Of a DNA stretch of 64,000 nucleotides, positions 51,748-64,000 are shown piece after piece; positions within the stretch are counted from its first letter, which is position 1; each line of letters begins with the position of its first letter. Source of the DNA: Psammoneis japonica (Eukaryota); contig QPGO01000111.1 in assembly GCA_008632985.1 (NCBI GenBank), positions 124,001 through 188,000 of the forward strand. Reading direction: 5' to 3'. Made by a program: the position numbers and the translations under genes. The notes under the pieces were generated by a model. That model had not been told where the DNA came from, did not search any database, and saw nothing but the letters and a program-made list of their open reading frames with translations.

Positions 51748-53309
51748 CTACTCGTAAACCTTGGTCACGATACCGGTTCCAACAGTCCGACCACCTTCAC
51801 GCATATTGAATCGCAATCCTGCTTCAAGTGGAATGGGAGCAAGGAGTTCGACATCCAACGTTGTGTTGTCGCCTGGCATTACCATTTCCGTTCCCTCCTT
51901 GAGCACCAAGTCACCGGTAATGTCGGCAGTCCTGAAGAAGAATTGAGGACGGTAGTGGGAGAAAAAGGGAGTATGGCGCCCACCTTCATCCTGTGAAAGA
52001 GCGTACAACTCGGCTTCAAACTTCTTTCCCGTCGAGACGGTGCCCGGAGCGCACAAGACTTGTCCGCGCTTGACATCTTCCTTCTTCAAACCACGAAGCA
52101 ACGCACCAATGTTGTCACCTGCCATACCATAGTCCAAGAGCTTTTTAAACATCTCTACACCAGTGCATGTCGTCTTGGTATCCATATCCAAACCAACCAC
52201 TTCCAAATCATCGCCCACTTCAATCTTTCCTTGCTCGACACGCCCCGTCACGACGGTACCGCGACCCGCAATCGAAAAGACATCCTCCACAGGCATCAAA
52301 AAGGGCTTGTCCAAATCACGTACCGGTTCCGGAATATTCTCGTCCACAGCCGCCATGAGTTCCAACACCTTGTCGTGACCCAACTCTGGATTGTTACCCT
52401 CCGCAGCAGCCAGGGCGGAACCACGGATAATGGGAGTGTTATCTCCGTCGAATTCATAAAAGTCAAGCAACTCACGAACCTCCATCTCCACCAATTCCAA
52501 AAGCTCTTCGTCATCGACCATGTCACACTTGTTCAAAAAGACGACAAGGTTGGGGATACCAACCTGCTTGGCTAGCAAAATGTGCTCACGCGTCTGGGGC
52601 ATGGGACCATCCGTCGCGGCCACAACGAGAATACCACCGTCCATCTGAGCAGCGCCTGTAATCATGTTTTTGACATAATCCGCGTGACCCGGACTGATAG
52701 AAGAACAATAAGATCAATATAATTGAGAATCAATGATATGAGGTTTCGTTCTCTCAGTCAATATAATCAAAACACAAAACTCACCAATCAATGTGTCCGT
52801 AGTGACGATTTTCAGTTTCGTATTCAATGTGAGATGTATTGATTGTAATTTTACGAGCCTTTTCTTCGGGTGCCTTGTCAATATCCTCGTACGTCATGCT
52901 TTCGGACCAACCCTTTTCGGCCAACACCTTGGTAATAGCTTGTGTGAGAGTCGTCTTGCCGTGATCAACATGCCCAATCGTACCGATATTCACATGGGGT
53001 TTGGTACGTTCATAGGCGTCGGTAGCAAAGGCTCTCTTGAGAACATACAAGCCACTGTTTCTTGTAGTAGTGCTGATGCGGCTTACTCGTGGCAAGACAC
53101 GCGTCAGGGAAACTGCGGACTGGATTCAACAAACCACAACAAAATGTGAGAGGACGCCACTTTGTGGTCAGTCGTTCAATCCAGCTACAAAACATTCAAT
53201 TCTTCACAAGAAAAAAAACAATCAATTCAAGATAAAACAACTTTACATCACAACATCACATATATAGTGGAAGTCAGATAAGAGCGTCGCCACAACGACT
53301 TACCATCAT
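51748..53309 (-). CDS. TUFM: Mitochondrial elongation factor Tu
   Basis: [29 protein letters not shown]; exons 53309-53304 (ATGATG), 53119-52785, 52693-51748; Arg/Ser-rich presequence. Confidence 0.96.
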
Positions 53310-53341
53310 GGTTGCTGACTAATTTAGGCTTTGGAGAACCG

Positions 53342-54132
53342 CAGGATCCAAGCTAATGGAGTGGCGTACTTTCAAAAATTCGGTGCGCATACCTGATCTA
53401 CACAAAATATACGTACGTAAAAATGTACTACAAAATTCGTAGAGATGTTTATTTGAATTCACTTCACACACAAACATCACGGCAACGACGCCGCGACATC
53501 GGCAATGGACGCACACAACAACGACAGCGGACTGGGAGGTTATGATGCACCGAGACAACAACTGATATGATAAGAAATGAGATATCAATGTCAAATGACA
53601 ATGATCGAGTTGTTTTGGGAGCTGGTTGAGCCATTGGTGACGAAGGGTTTTTGGCACGTACAACTTGGTACTGAAATCACGTAGAGGTTTTGGCCGCGGT
53701 GGGACTGTTGTTTTTCACTTTTTTTGGGGTGTATTTTGTGTTTTCTCGGTCGATCGCATTGATGAAGCACTGAAGTGAGCACGCGACAACAGATTTTGAC
53801 GAAAAGTTGGATTTTCATTCATNAGGATTAGCACGGGGTTTTTAACACGGTGAAGCACGGGGGGACGATTTTTTCACCAGATTTGCAAGATCCTGTATCC
53901 CATCCAATTCGCATGCGTAATATTAGTGGATTGATGTATTTTTTATACGCAAGAAGCGCAATAACGTCGATATACCCGACATGATAGACTTCCCGTGCTG
54001 TTGTCGTAATGAAGTGAAATCTTGTTGTGTTCGGTGCGTAGAGTCTAGTACTATTTGTCCGTATGTAGACGAGTACTGCGCACCGCACTTTTGGAAAGTA
54101 CGCCACTCCATGGTCCGACCAGGATCCGCCAC
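53342..54132. mobile_element. Possible MITE / non-autonomous element with imperfect terminal inverted repeats
   Basis: ggatcc...atggagtggcgtactttc.aaaa.t.cggtgcgca at ~53344-53389 recurs inverted at ~54077-54128; an N at 53823 marks an assembly uncertainty. Confidence 0.45.
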
Positions 54133-54306
54133 GTAGATTGCTAGAAGTCACTTCAAAGATTCCTGATTCTCAGTTCCGTCAATTGCATTCCGCTGAGTCA
54201 GAACATCCGGGTTATCCAATTTGTCGCTGACGTCGCAGGTCGCAGTTTTGGCGGGAAATCGAAAACGCTTTCTCACTCATTTTTTTCAACCTTGATACTA
54301 CCCACC

Positions 54307-54830
54307 ATGAAGCTTTTCAACTCCTCTTGTTGCCCGTTGCGGCATCGTATGCCTTTGTGGCTCCAAACAGCAAGCTCGGAGTAAACCCCAAGACCGTCTT
54401 GTCCGCTCGCCCTCCGGAATTCAACGCCGACACGCAATTGTGGGAATACACGGATGAATCTCAATATCCCGACCAAGGCTACGACATTATTGGACCGTCT
54501 TGAGGCATGGTCCTCTCCCGTTTTTCAACCGTCTCTTAGACAACCAGAGTTATGAACAAAGTGTTTTGAAGTACATGGCTGTCGAAAAAGTGGATCGTCT
54601 CACGGCACAGGGCAACATGGATGCCTTTTTGGCAAACCCCAACGATTGGCTCTATTATCGTCAGCAGGAAAAGATTACCGGAAAGCTCCCGATTATACCG
54701 TTCTTAATGAGAAGCAAGCTGCGCTTTCCGTCTTTTGGGGAGTGAGCATTACATACCTCATTGCTGTGTTTGGGTATTCCATGGCCACCCAAACGTCGTT
54801 CAATGACAATGTTTTCCCTTTTTAAGAGAG
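54307..54830 (+). CDS. Small plastid-targeted hypothetical protein, several apparent frameshifts
   Basis: Presequence ...VAASYA-FVAP; core YEQSVLKYMAVEKVDRLTAQGNMDAFLANPNDW; frames are discontinuous; end approximate. Confidence 0.55.
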
Positions 54831-55192
54831 CGGTTGTGCTGATAGCAATTGGTTGTACGATGATTGAAATCAATGGCAAGTTGAGAAACAAATATCCTTA
54901 ATGTGCCGGCACCATTGAAGACACAAGCACAATTGACTTACACGTGTGGAGAGCGAATTCGCTTGTGGTGCCATAGAAAGACGCAGCAACTAGCATTTCT
55001 CAAAATACATAGAATATCTGTTGCGACAGCTGAGACTACCGTAGCTTTATGCTTTAAACTTTCTGTCTTGTCGGCTTATGCTGTCCACAAAAGTCTTTCA
55101 GTTTAGCGTACACAAGAAAATCAGCAACGCAATGCGCTGAGAGCAAAGCCAAAAAATCCATGAACAAAAACACGCTCTTGTCGACATCAATG

Positions 55193-56046
55193 CTATATTG
55201 GATGCGGTGATGCCTTCTCATACTCCGACAGGATACCAACAAAGCAAATTACCAGGCATGGGTCCATTCCAGGGGCAATGTGAACGGTAAACGATGGCCC
55301 CGCAAGGGGGTTTTCTCGCTTTCGCTCCGTGACAAATGCCACGAAACTACCATCCGTTCTTTTAAACGACATGGGGGAAACTGAGTCTTGAGTGCCATGA
55401 TCCCACCCTTGGGAAGATGGGGCTCCGAACATAGGTCTCCACGTATTCTCCGCCGCCGTCCTTGTGTGAGAACATTTCAACTTTGAGCACCTTGCTATGG
55501 AAGTTATCCCCACCCACCTTGGCCCAGCTAAAAAAGCAATGCCCTTTGCAACGGTCCTAGACGGTAAAGGCTTTTGTCCCTTGTGAAATGGTTTTGTGGC
55601 GCAGATTTGATAGTGTTCGTGTGCTCCAAGCTTCCCCCCTTCTTTGAAGACCTTCGCAAGCACCTTGCCGTTTCCGTCTTCGAGATATAGATGGGATTGA
55701 AATCGCTTTCCTTTGAGACACACTCCCCAGCATATGGTTTTCCGTCTTCCAAGTTGGTGACAACAAATGAATCGGCTTTAGTGGACCCGGGGTTGTGACA
55801 CCCATTGAAACTGCAATGTCAATGTTTTCCCGCTTGTTTCAATGGAACCGCGTCTGCCATTGTGAATCATTATTTGAAAAAGAAAAAAGCGGACGACATG
55901 TTTGTGGGTGAGTATTTCCCCATTGAAATAAGTGGGTCGAGAAGCCAATAAAGGTGGCACGTACCAGTGCCATCTCCGAGATTCGGTTCGCCAGCAGCGC
56001 GTTTGATCAGGTGGCGGAACTCATTGGCGGAGGGAACAGACGTCAT
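55193..56046 (-). CDS. LURP-one / tubby-C-terminal-like protein, with intron and apparent frameshifts
   Basis: C-terminal FTVHIAPGMDPCLVICFVGIL motif; ATG at 56046; probable intron ~55963-55865. Confidence 0.55.
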
Positions 56047-57649
56047 GCTTTTCGACGTAGAATTTTGTTATTTTAGTACTCAAAATGGAGAAAAGGATCA
56101 AGGAACAAGAATAGACAAGCTATGCATTCGATTTTAGGGCAACACTCGCCGGTGGGTCGCCGTGAAGTTGATTGATTGGTTGAATGAAAAGAGAGAGAGA
56201 AATACGATGCATGCGATGCATGTGGCGCCGTAAATCTTTCTATGAGACCCGGAAGTTAAAGTTCATGGGCATTCCGGGTCATCTACCGGCACACTTCCAC
56301 AACATTTTGAGCAACTCGCCTCTGCGATTCCCGCTTTTCAACCAATCGATCAATCCTGTAAATTGCAGGACTCTTAGAGCTGCTGCTTTGTGGCGAGCTT
56401 AGTCATGCCTGGGTGTCCTTTCTGGACAGGGTTCAGAGCATCGTGCTACAAAACCAAGCACAAAATGGCGCCTGCACAGTGTGCTGCAAGCGGGGTTCAA
56501 TCAGCATCTTCTTCATCATGCAGCTGCTGGCTGTTGTCAGTTAAAGTCAGCACATCTCTGCCTCTGTGGTTTGTACCCTGTCAGTCAGCCAGTGCCCCAC
56601 CCCCTGCTCTGGGGCCGGGATCCAATTTAAAGCAAATCAAGCACACAAAGAGATGGGGCGCGGTTTTTGCAGCCTCGGTGCATGTGCAGTGCAGGTGTGT
56701 GACACCTTCTGACAATGGTTGTTGTGTGGCACAGGAGATCTGGCAACTGTTCTTACAGTGGTGACAAGAGCTGTTCCATTTTGGACTTGGCAACAAAAAA
56801 TCTGAGAACTTGTTTTGCGATTGCTCTGCACCTGTTTTTTGTGCTTTTTGTTCCGGTGGCCCACTCATTTGACATCTGCCCAAAACATGCAAATGCAAGT
56901 GACAAACCAACTGAGCACTTTCCAAGCCATTGTTGACAACAAGACAATGTCCGTTGAGGCAGCCCTGGGAGTTGCAGCTGCCTCCTCATCTTCAGCGGCT
57001 TTCACATTCATCTTCTTTGTGTGTTCTTCCTCATCCTCTGCATGCTCATGTGCTGTTGTTTCTTCCTTGGATGCTCTGGGCTCATCACCTTCTCTTCTTG
57101 TGGCTGCTGCTCAAATTGTTGCAGGCTGCTGCATGTTTGTCCTCAACATTGCTTTCATCAGCTGAGCCAATTGTCTTGTCCAAACCTGGTGCACATTGTC
57201 AGACATTGTATCATCCTCTTCTGAAGAGCTCATCATTGGAGTGAATGCAACATTGACTTTTCCGCAAAAACAATGAATTGTGTTGAATTTGCAGCCCACA
57301 TGTGGGTCACAAAAATTTGCAATGAGGGATTTTGCAGTCCAGCCATTTGCTGCCAAACCAAGACTTGCACAGAGGTGTGCAGAAAATGCACTGAGCTCCT
57401 CAATTTTCAATTTTTGGGTGCTCTGGTTGCAATCAAAAAAGTGCCAAAAGACCAAAGCAATTAAACACCAGTGCTTTTGTGGAAAATGGCGCAACACATG
57501 ACAGATCTTTGGGAAAAGAAACCAGGTTAAAATTGATGGCTACACTGAACTCATCGAGTGGAACACAAAGCACACTTGGTGGCCCAAAAAAGCACAGGTG
57601 TCATCCACTCGACCGGCGACTCAGCAAAGGTCAGAGGTGAGATGCCTTT

Positions 57650-59750
57650 GCCACTCTTGCTCTTTCGATGTGTTGAGCTCCCGCCACCACAACTTTTTCA
57701 ACCCCTTGGTCACAATTGCTCAACAAATGTGGAGAGAGGCAACTGTCCATCATTCATCAAAAGACTCAAAATGAGCCGCAAGTGGTCGTTCGGTGGTGAA
57801 GTCATCAACAACAAGTCCCGGTGATGACCAAAGTTTGCCGGGGCAAACCAAGACATCTTCAACAAGATGGCAGACTTTGTGTTTCATGACAACAGCTTTT
57901 GCTCCAAGCAGCTGGCCAGTCAACATCAAGCACCGTTTCTTTGTCCAATGCAGAGGGGGGAAACAAGCCTGCTCATGCTGGCCAATGTGATGCACAACAA
58001 GAACGACAGTCAAGAGTCAAAGGTTGCATTCCAGCCTCATGATGCCAAATCAATGTTCACATTGAGCATTGACTTTCTGGAAGTGATGGCTGGGAACAAT
58101 GCACAGGCTGTGGGGATGGTGAAGTGAGAGAATGCGTGAAAAACAGCATCCATGATTCTTTTTTGACCTTGAGTCCAGAACTCCAACAACACTGCAAGGA
58201 ACCCACCATGATGGATGCCACTTGTGACAAGCACATCGTGGCGGCAGCAAAAGCAGTGTCAGCACATGGTCTTTTGAAAGAAGTCAATGAGAGACAATTG
58301 TTTTGGGTGCTCGTTGATGAGTGCGACAAGCCTGCACGTGAGTTGCTGCTTGGTTTTGTTGGTGAGGGGGATGACTCTCATTGGCAAGGGGCAAAAGCAG
58401 ACCTCAAGAACTGCCAAGGCTTTTTTGCTTCATGCAAGATCATTGCTGCTGGTGGAATTAAGAAGAAAAACCAAGGGTTGCAACAAGCAAAAGTTTGGGT
58501 CACTGGTGTGTTCCCTGTTGCCTTGAAACTTGTCAGCGACTTCAGCCCTGAAGTGTTCACATTTTGCCCAATCTTTGCTGGTGCCATTGGTCCACTTGAT
58601 GAAGATGTTGATCACATGCTCAATGCTGTTGACAGGTGCTTTCCGTTTTGGGCTGGTGGTCAAGAGAAGGTGCGTGTGCGGGCTGCCATTGGCAAATTGG
58701 CAAATCGGCAAATCGTCTCTACTTTGTTTTGGAAACTCCACTCTGCCACACAAGGGTGGTCAACAGCACAATGAATGCCCTTCTTGCAAATCAAAGCCAA
58801 AGCGCATGGTTGCAAAATCTTTCTGTGCTTCCTGTTGGGGCTGAGTTTCAGCACATGCCATCTGTGGCATGTGATGTCATCTGAAAGCAGAGTGCCCTCC
58901 ATGGCATTGCCCATGACTTGAGTTCAAACAAGGAGATTGTTTCAGAGCTCAAGGAAACCCTTGACCTTGGCGACGTTCCACACACAATCCCATGTGCCCG
59001 GCGGATTATCTCACTCTGCTTGTCCACCTTGGAATGGCGTCCATGCACCAACTTTGTGGCCAAATGGTCTTTCAGGCAACAAACACGTGCTTCCACATTC
59101 CCTTTTTCACGCGTTTGTTGGAAAACTGTCTTCAACCTCTGTTTGGTGCAGAATCGTTGAATGCACTGCACCTGATCGGGGCAACGCAAATCGGAGATTT
59201 TATGCAAACACTGCCAAAGTCGGGCAGCATGTCATCTTCAGTCCAATGGGCAGAGAAGGCAAGAAGCAATGGAGTGTTGGAGCTTCAGTTTCAAGGATTT
59301 TTGATTGGAGAACTGGCAAATGTGCTCTGGTCTGAAGATGCAGCAACAACTCAAGAGGATGTCATGAACTCTGGCCTGGCCGCACAGACGCGAGAGTTGC
59401 AGGAAAAGGGACAGCTCTTCTTTTGGAGTTGAAACAGAAGCCAATGACTGCCAGTCCAGCAAGTGCAGAAATGACAAACTGTCACCAACAACTCCACAAG
59501 CACATGGAAGAGCTGGTCCAAAGCAAACACATGAATCCTGTGCTGGTGCGGAGACAAGTGGCTGGCTTTGTTGTCGAGATGTGCAACAATGGAAAGTCAT
59601 TCAAGGTCAAGCGCACAACCCACACCAATGCTTGACATTGTCACCGATTGGTTCAGTGCAATTAATTCATTCACAGTTGTCCAGGACTTGGCAACCAGGA
59701 CAAGTGGCCAACTCTCCTGGCTCAATTGAGCAATGCAATTGTGTGAGTCA
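57650..59750 (+). pseudogene. AAA-ATPase-like (PF09820-type) gene remnant, copy 1
   Basis: Degenerate Walker A FLCPMQRGETSLL (cf. RPRRxGKS), Walker B VLVDECDKP (cf. DEYDxP), KVWVTGV (cf. FxTGV). Confidence 0.65.
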
Positions 59751-61924
59751 CACTTCACCACTCTGGCGCGACTCTTTTATTTTGTCCAGCTAAAAAAAGC
59801 TGCCAGCGGCAGGCATTGATGCACACACAGCAGCCTGTTTGCAAGTGAATGGCCGCCATCCACAACACAACCAAATGGCATGTCACTGTTTGAGAGTCAT
59901 TGCAACAGATGGCACCCCCATGCCATGCGGTGTGATCGTTGACATGTGAGGTCTGTTGCGACAGCTTGGTTTGGTTTGTTGTTGTGTTGGGGTTGTTTTT
60001 CACATCTTGCTCACCTCCTGCTCTCTTGTGTTGGCATTTCTTGCATCACAACAGGTGTGACCGACTGCCGCCAACAGAATCGGCGTTGTCATTTTCATCA
60101 TTGGCAGGTTGGAATCTGGTGGAATGTCAAACGATGGGCAAGCATGCACCACAATGCCATTGTCATGTTGCGTCAGATTGTCCTTTTTCAAATTTCACAT
60201 TCCCTCAGCCAACCCTTGCTTTTCGTGCTGCTGTTTTCTGCTTTCAATGCAAAGTTGCGGTTGTTGATGGCATGAGCATGATGGGTGGGACAATGGCAAG
60301 CATGTCTCTGTGCCTGCCTTAATTTCCCTCAATGCAGCCACAAAGGATGCTGATTTGGAGTCCTGGGTGGCTCCTGCAGCTGCCAATTTACCTCCAGCAC
60401 CGTCAGAAATTTGTGGCTGTTTCACCCATCGCTTCTTGTGCTGATCAGATCAAAGAAAACAAGGCAAGCTTCCACTGGTTGCATTTGCATCCATTTGCAG
60501 GAGACTGGCACTTTGCCAATTGTCCACTGAAAACCATTTTCTCCTTGGTCATTCACGCAAGTTCATCGGCCTCATATTTTCCTGCATCGCGATCCTCACC
60601 ACAGAGTTCTTGACGAGGAAGTCGCAGAGATGTCCAAGTGGACAAGGCTCTCCCAGCCAAAGAGACAAAAATGTTGAGCAGAAGACTGCCAATGCATTTT
60701 GAGGGTGCTGCTGTCAATGCACATCCAAACCATGTGTTGAGCCAAACAAACTGTGACAACCACCAGTGTGGTTGGTGACTCACTTGTCTGTCACATGTTG
60801 TGCATGCACTGCTCTCTGCTCTGGCTTAGATTTGACAGCACTGGCCTCATTGCAGAAGGCACTGCTGTGTCTGTTGCCATTCCATCTGGCTTGCACTGCA
60901 AAAAATCTGTTGTGTGACAATGCACATTGCAACAGACAACAACACAACTTGCTTTGACGCCGAAACAATGCTCAGCTGCTGGCTGCATCTTTTTTGCCCC
61001 CCATCCACAATCAAAGCCTCTCTCAAACACAGTGCCTGTTTCCAAATGTTCTTTCTGAACAAATGAAGAGTGCTTGACATCTGCGTGCATCATCCTCAGA
61101 ACTCCCATGCAGCATCAGCACTGGTGTCTGAATCGGAGCGACAGATGGTGCTGCAACACCGGCGACGCCATCAGCGGCACTGTCAATGAACTCTGATGCA
61201 ATGAATGAGTGCAAAGACTGAAAATGATGGGTTGGCATGCAATGCAAAGCATTGCATGCAGGGAGCAGCACACAACAATGAATGCAAGAGACAACAATGT
61301 GCCCTGCTCACACTTTGATGTGGAAAAAAGCCTGTGTGATCTGCTTTGCCACTTGCCCCGCACAAACAATTCAAAGCAAGAGTTTCTCAAACAACACCAA
61401 CTCTAAATGCTTTTCCAAATGAAGAGCAATGTTTCATCAGCATGTGTCATCTGCAACAATGGTGAAGACAACACTGTTGTGGCTCTTGGCATCACCGACC
61501 TGTGGTGTGTCATGGCAAAAAAATCTGCGTGCATCCAACAAGTGAAAAAAATCCACATTGACCAGTTCTGGCAAACAAAGAGTTAACATTGATGATGGGA
61601 ATCTGGGTCATCTGCAGCATCAACATTTCCAATTTTGAACATCTCGCTTCTACAAAACCGTGTTTCACCCATCAGTCACATCCGGGTTTTTCCCTGCACA
61701 ATGTGTGCTGTGAACTGTGCAGGAGATGATTTTCATGTGCGGCTTTGACTGAGCAAGAGTCAGTCAGACAGAGAGCAGATTGAAATGCAGCAGCAATTTG
61801 GAAGCAACAAGCCACCGGAGTGTGGATGTGAACAACAAACAAACAGCAGGAACAGAACAAATGCCCATTGACAACACCACTTGACCAACTCAGCAACAGC
61901 AGCAGAGGTCACACCTTGTGACAC

Positions 61925-63940
61925 CTTTGCCACTCTTGCTCTTTGACATGTTGAGCTCCTGCCACCACAACTCTTTTGACCCCTTGGCCTCAATTGCTTG
62001 CCAAATGTTGCAGAAGAGGCGACAGTCCATCACTCATCAAAAAATGCAAAATGACCAACAAGCTGACACAATCTGGCAGTCATGATGTCTTCAAGAGCAA
62101 GTCACAGCATGGCCAAAGTTCGCTTTGCCAACCAAGATGCCTTTGATGAGATGGCAGACTTTGTGTTTTGTGACAACAGCTTTTGCTTGGAGCAGCTTGC
62201 CAGTCAACATCAAGTGCTGTTTCTTTGCCTAGGCAGAGGGGGGAAACAAGCCCACTTGCTCTGGCCAATGTGGCGCACAGCAAGAATGACAGCCAAGAGC
62301 CAAAGGTTGCATTTCAGCCTCATGATGCCAAACCAATTTGCATCAAGCATTGACTTTCTGGAAGTGACGGCTGGGAACAATGCACAGTTGTGGGTGGCAA
62401 AGTGAGAGAATGCGTGAAAAATGGCGTCCATGATTTTTTGACCTTGAGTCCAGAACTCGTCCAACAACACTGCAAGGAACCTGCCAAGATGGACGCTGCT
62501 TGCAACAAGCACATCATGGCAGCAGCAAAAGCATTGTCAACATGTGGTCTTTTGAAAGAAGTCAATGAGAAACAATCTTTTTTGGTGCTCTCATTGATGA
62601 GTGCAACAAGCCTGTGCATGAGCTGCTGCTTGATTTCATTGGTGAGGGGGGCAACTCTTGTTGGCAAGGGGCAAAAGCAGACCTCAAGAACCAACAAGCT
62701 CTTCTTTTTTGTGCAACATTGTTGCTGCCAGAGGCTTTAAAAAAAAAGGAAAAAAACAGGGGTTGCAACAAGCAAAAGTTTGGGTCACTGGTGTGCTCCC
62801 CATTGCTTTGAAATGCGCCAGTGATTTCAACCCTGAACTGCTCATGTTTCAGTTGATCTTTGCCACTGCCATCAGCCCACTGGATGAAGATGTCAATTGT
62901 GTGCTGAATGCTGTTGATGGGTGCTTTCCATTTTGGGATGGAGGCCAAGAGAAAGCATGTGTGCCGGCTGCCATTGGCGAATTGGCGAGTTGTCTCTGCT
63001 TTGTTTTGGAAACTCCACTCTGCCAGCACACAAGGGTGGTCAACAGCATGACAAATGCCCTTCTTGCAGATCAAAGCAGAAGTGCGTCGTTGCAAATGCT
63101 GTTCATGCTTCTTGTTGAGACTGAGGCCCCCAGCACATGCCATCTGCAGTGTGTGATGTCATGCAAAAGCAGAGTGCCCTTCATGACATTGCCCATGACT
63201 TGAGTTTAAACAAGCAGATTGTTTGAGAGCTCATGGAAACCCTTGACCTTGGCAACATTCCACACAATCCCATTCACCTGGCAGATTGTCTCACTCTGCT
63301 TGTCCACCTTAAAACAGCATCTGTGCGCCAACTTTGTAGCCAGGTGGTCTTCCAGGCAACAAGCACGCACTTGCTTTCGCACTCCCTTTTTCATGTGACT
63401 TTTGGAAAACTCTCTTCAAGAACCTCTGTTTTGTGCAGAATTGTTGAGTGCACTCCACCTGGTATGCAACACACAAATCAGAGATTTCATGCAAACGCTG
63501 CTCAAGTTGGGCATGTCTCTTTGGTCTGATGGGAAGAGATGGCAAGAAGAAGCAACAGAACACTGGAGCTTAGTTTTGAGGATTTTTGATTGGAGAACTG
63601 GCAAATTTGCTCTGGTCTGAAGATGCAGCAATGACTTGAGAGAATGTTGTGAACTCTGGCCATGCCAATGTGAGAGTTGCAGGAAAAGGGACAGTTCTTC
63701 TTTTGGATTTGAAACAAAAGCCGATGACTGCTGCACCGGTGTGGAGACAATTGGCTGACTTTGTTGTCATGATGTGCAACAATGGAAAGTCGTTCAAGGT
63801 CAAGTCGTGACCTGTGGCAATGCTTGACACATTGTCGCCGACTGGTTCAGTGCAATTAATTTCATTCACAGTTGTCCAGAACTCAGAGGCCAGGACAACA
63901 CAGTTGACTTCCTTTCACTTGAGCAATGCAACTGCAATTG
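61925..63940 (+). pseudogene. AAA-ATPase-like gene remnant, copy 2 (direct repeat of copy 1)
   Basis: Collinear with 57650-59750 over ~2 kb; more degraded. Confidence 0.65.
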
Positions 63941-64000
63941 TGATTTTTCATTGTTGTTTTGATGCGCAACACTGCTCTCATGCAACTCTTTTTTTTTCAG

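Larger units (their letters stand above)
56500..64000. other. TpA-depleted hypermutated domain 4
   Basis: TA is near absent and CG reduced; the domain runs off the window end. Confidence 0.9.

Noticed and set aside
1..64000. Hundreds of short Cys/His/Met-rich ORFs as real genes or metal-binding peptides
   Set aside because: They are confined to TA-depleted domains, overlap in all frames, and are explained by loss of TAA/TAG and Tyr codons.

Overview
Eukaryotic nuclear DNA, most likely a diatom (short GT-AG introns, ASAF-type plastid presequences, PT-repeat subtilases; taxon is inferred). The window alternates between two sharply different sequence states. Normal gene islands (~5.1-9.25 kb, ~27.05-42.6 kb, ~50.25-56.35 kb) carry an LRAT/PPPDE-like gene, a zinc-finger gene, TRAPPC8/Trs85, two divergent S8 subtilases, two plastid-targeted proteins, mitochondrial EF-Tu and a LURP/tubby-C-like gene. 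Four repeat/transposon domains (~1-5.07 kb, ~9.35-27.03 kb, ~42.8-50.2 kb, ~56.5-64 kb) have almost lost the dinucleotide TpA, replaced by TpG/CpA. In them, recognisable proteins (Plavaka-type transposase and its cargo, AAA-ATPase-like copies, ricin-lectin repeats, one host membrane gene) show systematic Tyr->Cys/His, Ile->Thr/Met and Leu->Pro changes, and aligned repeat copies show TA->TG/CA directly. In the youngest-looking element TpA is gone while CpG is still abundant. The main candidate novelty is therefore a RIP-like, repeat-targeted A:T->G:C hypermutation at TpA, distinct from 5mC deamination. All calls are by eye; no database searches or computed counts were run.
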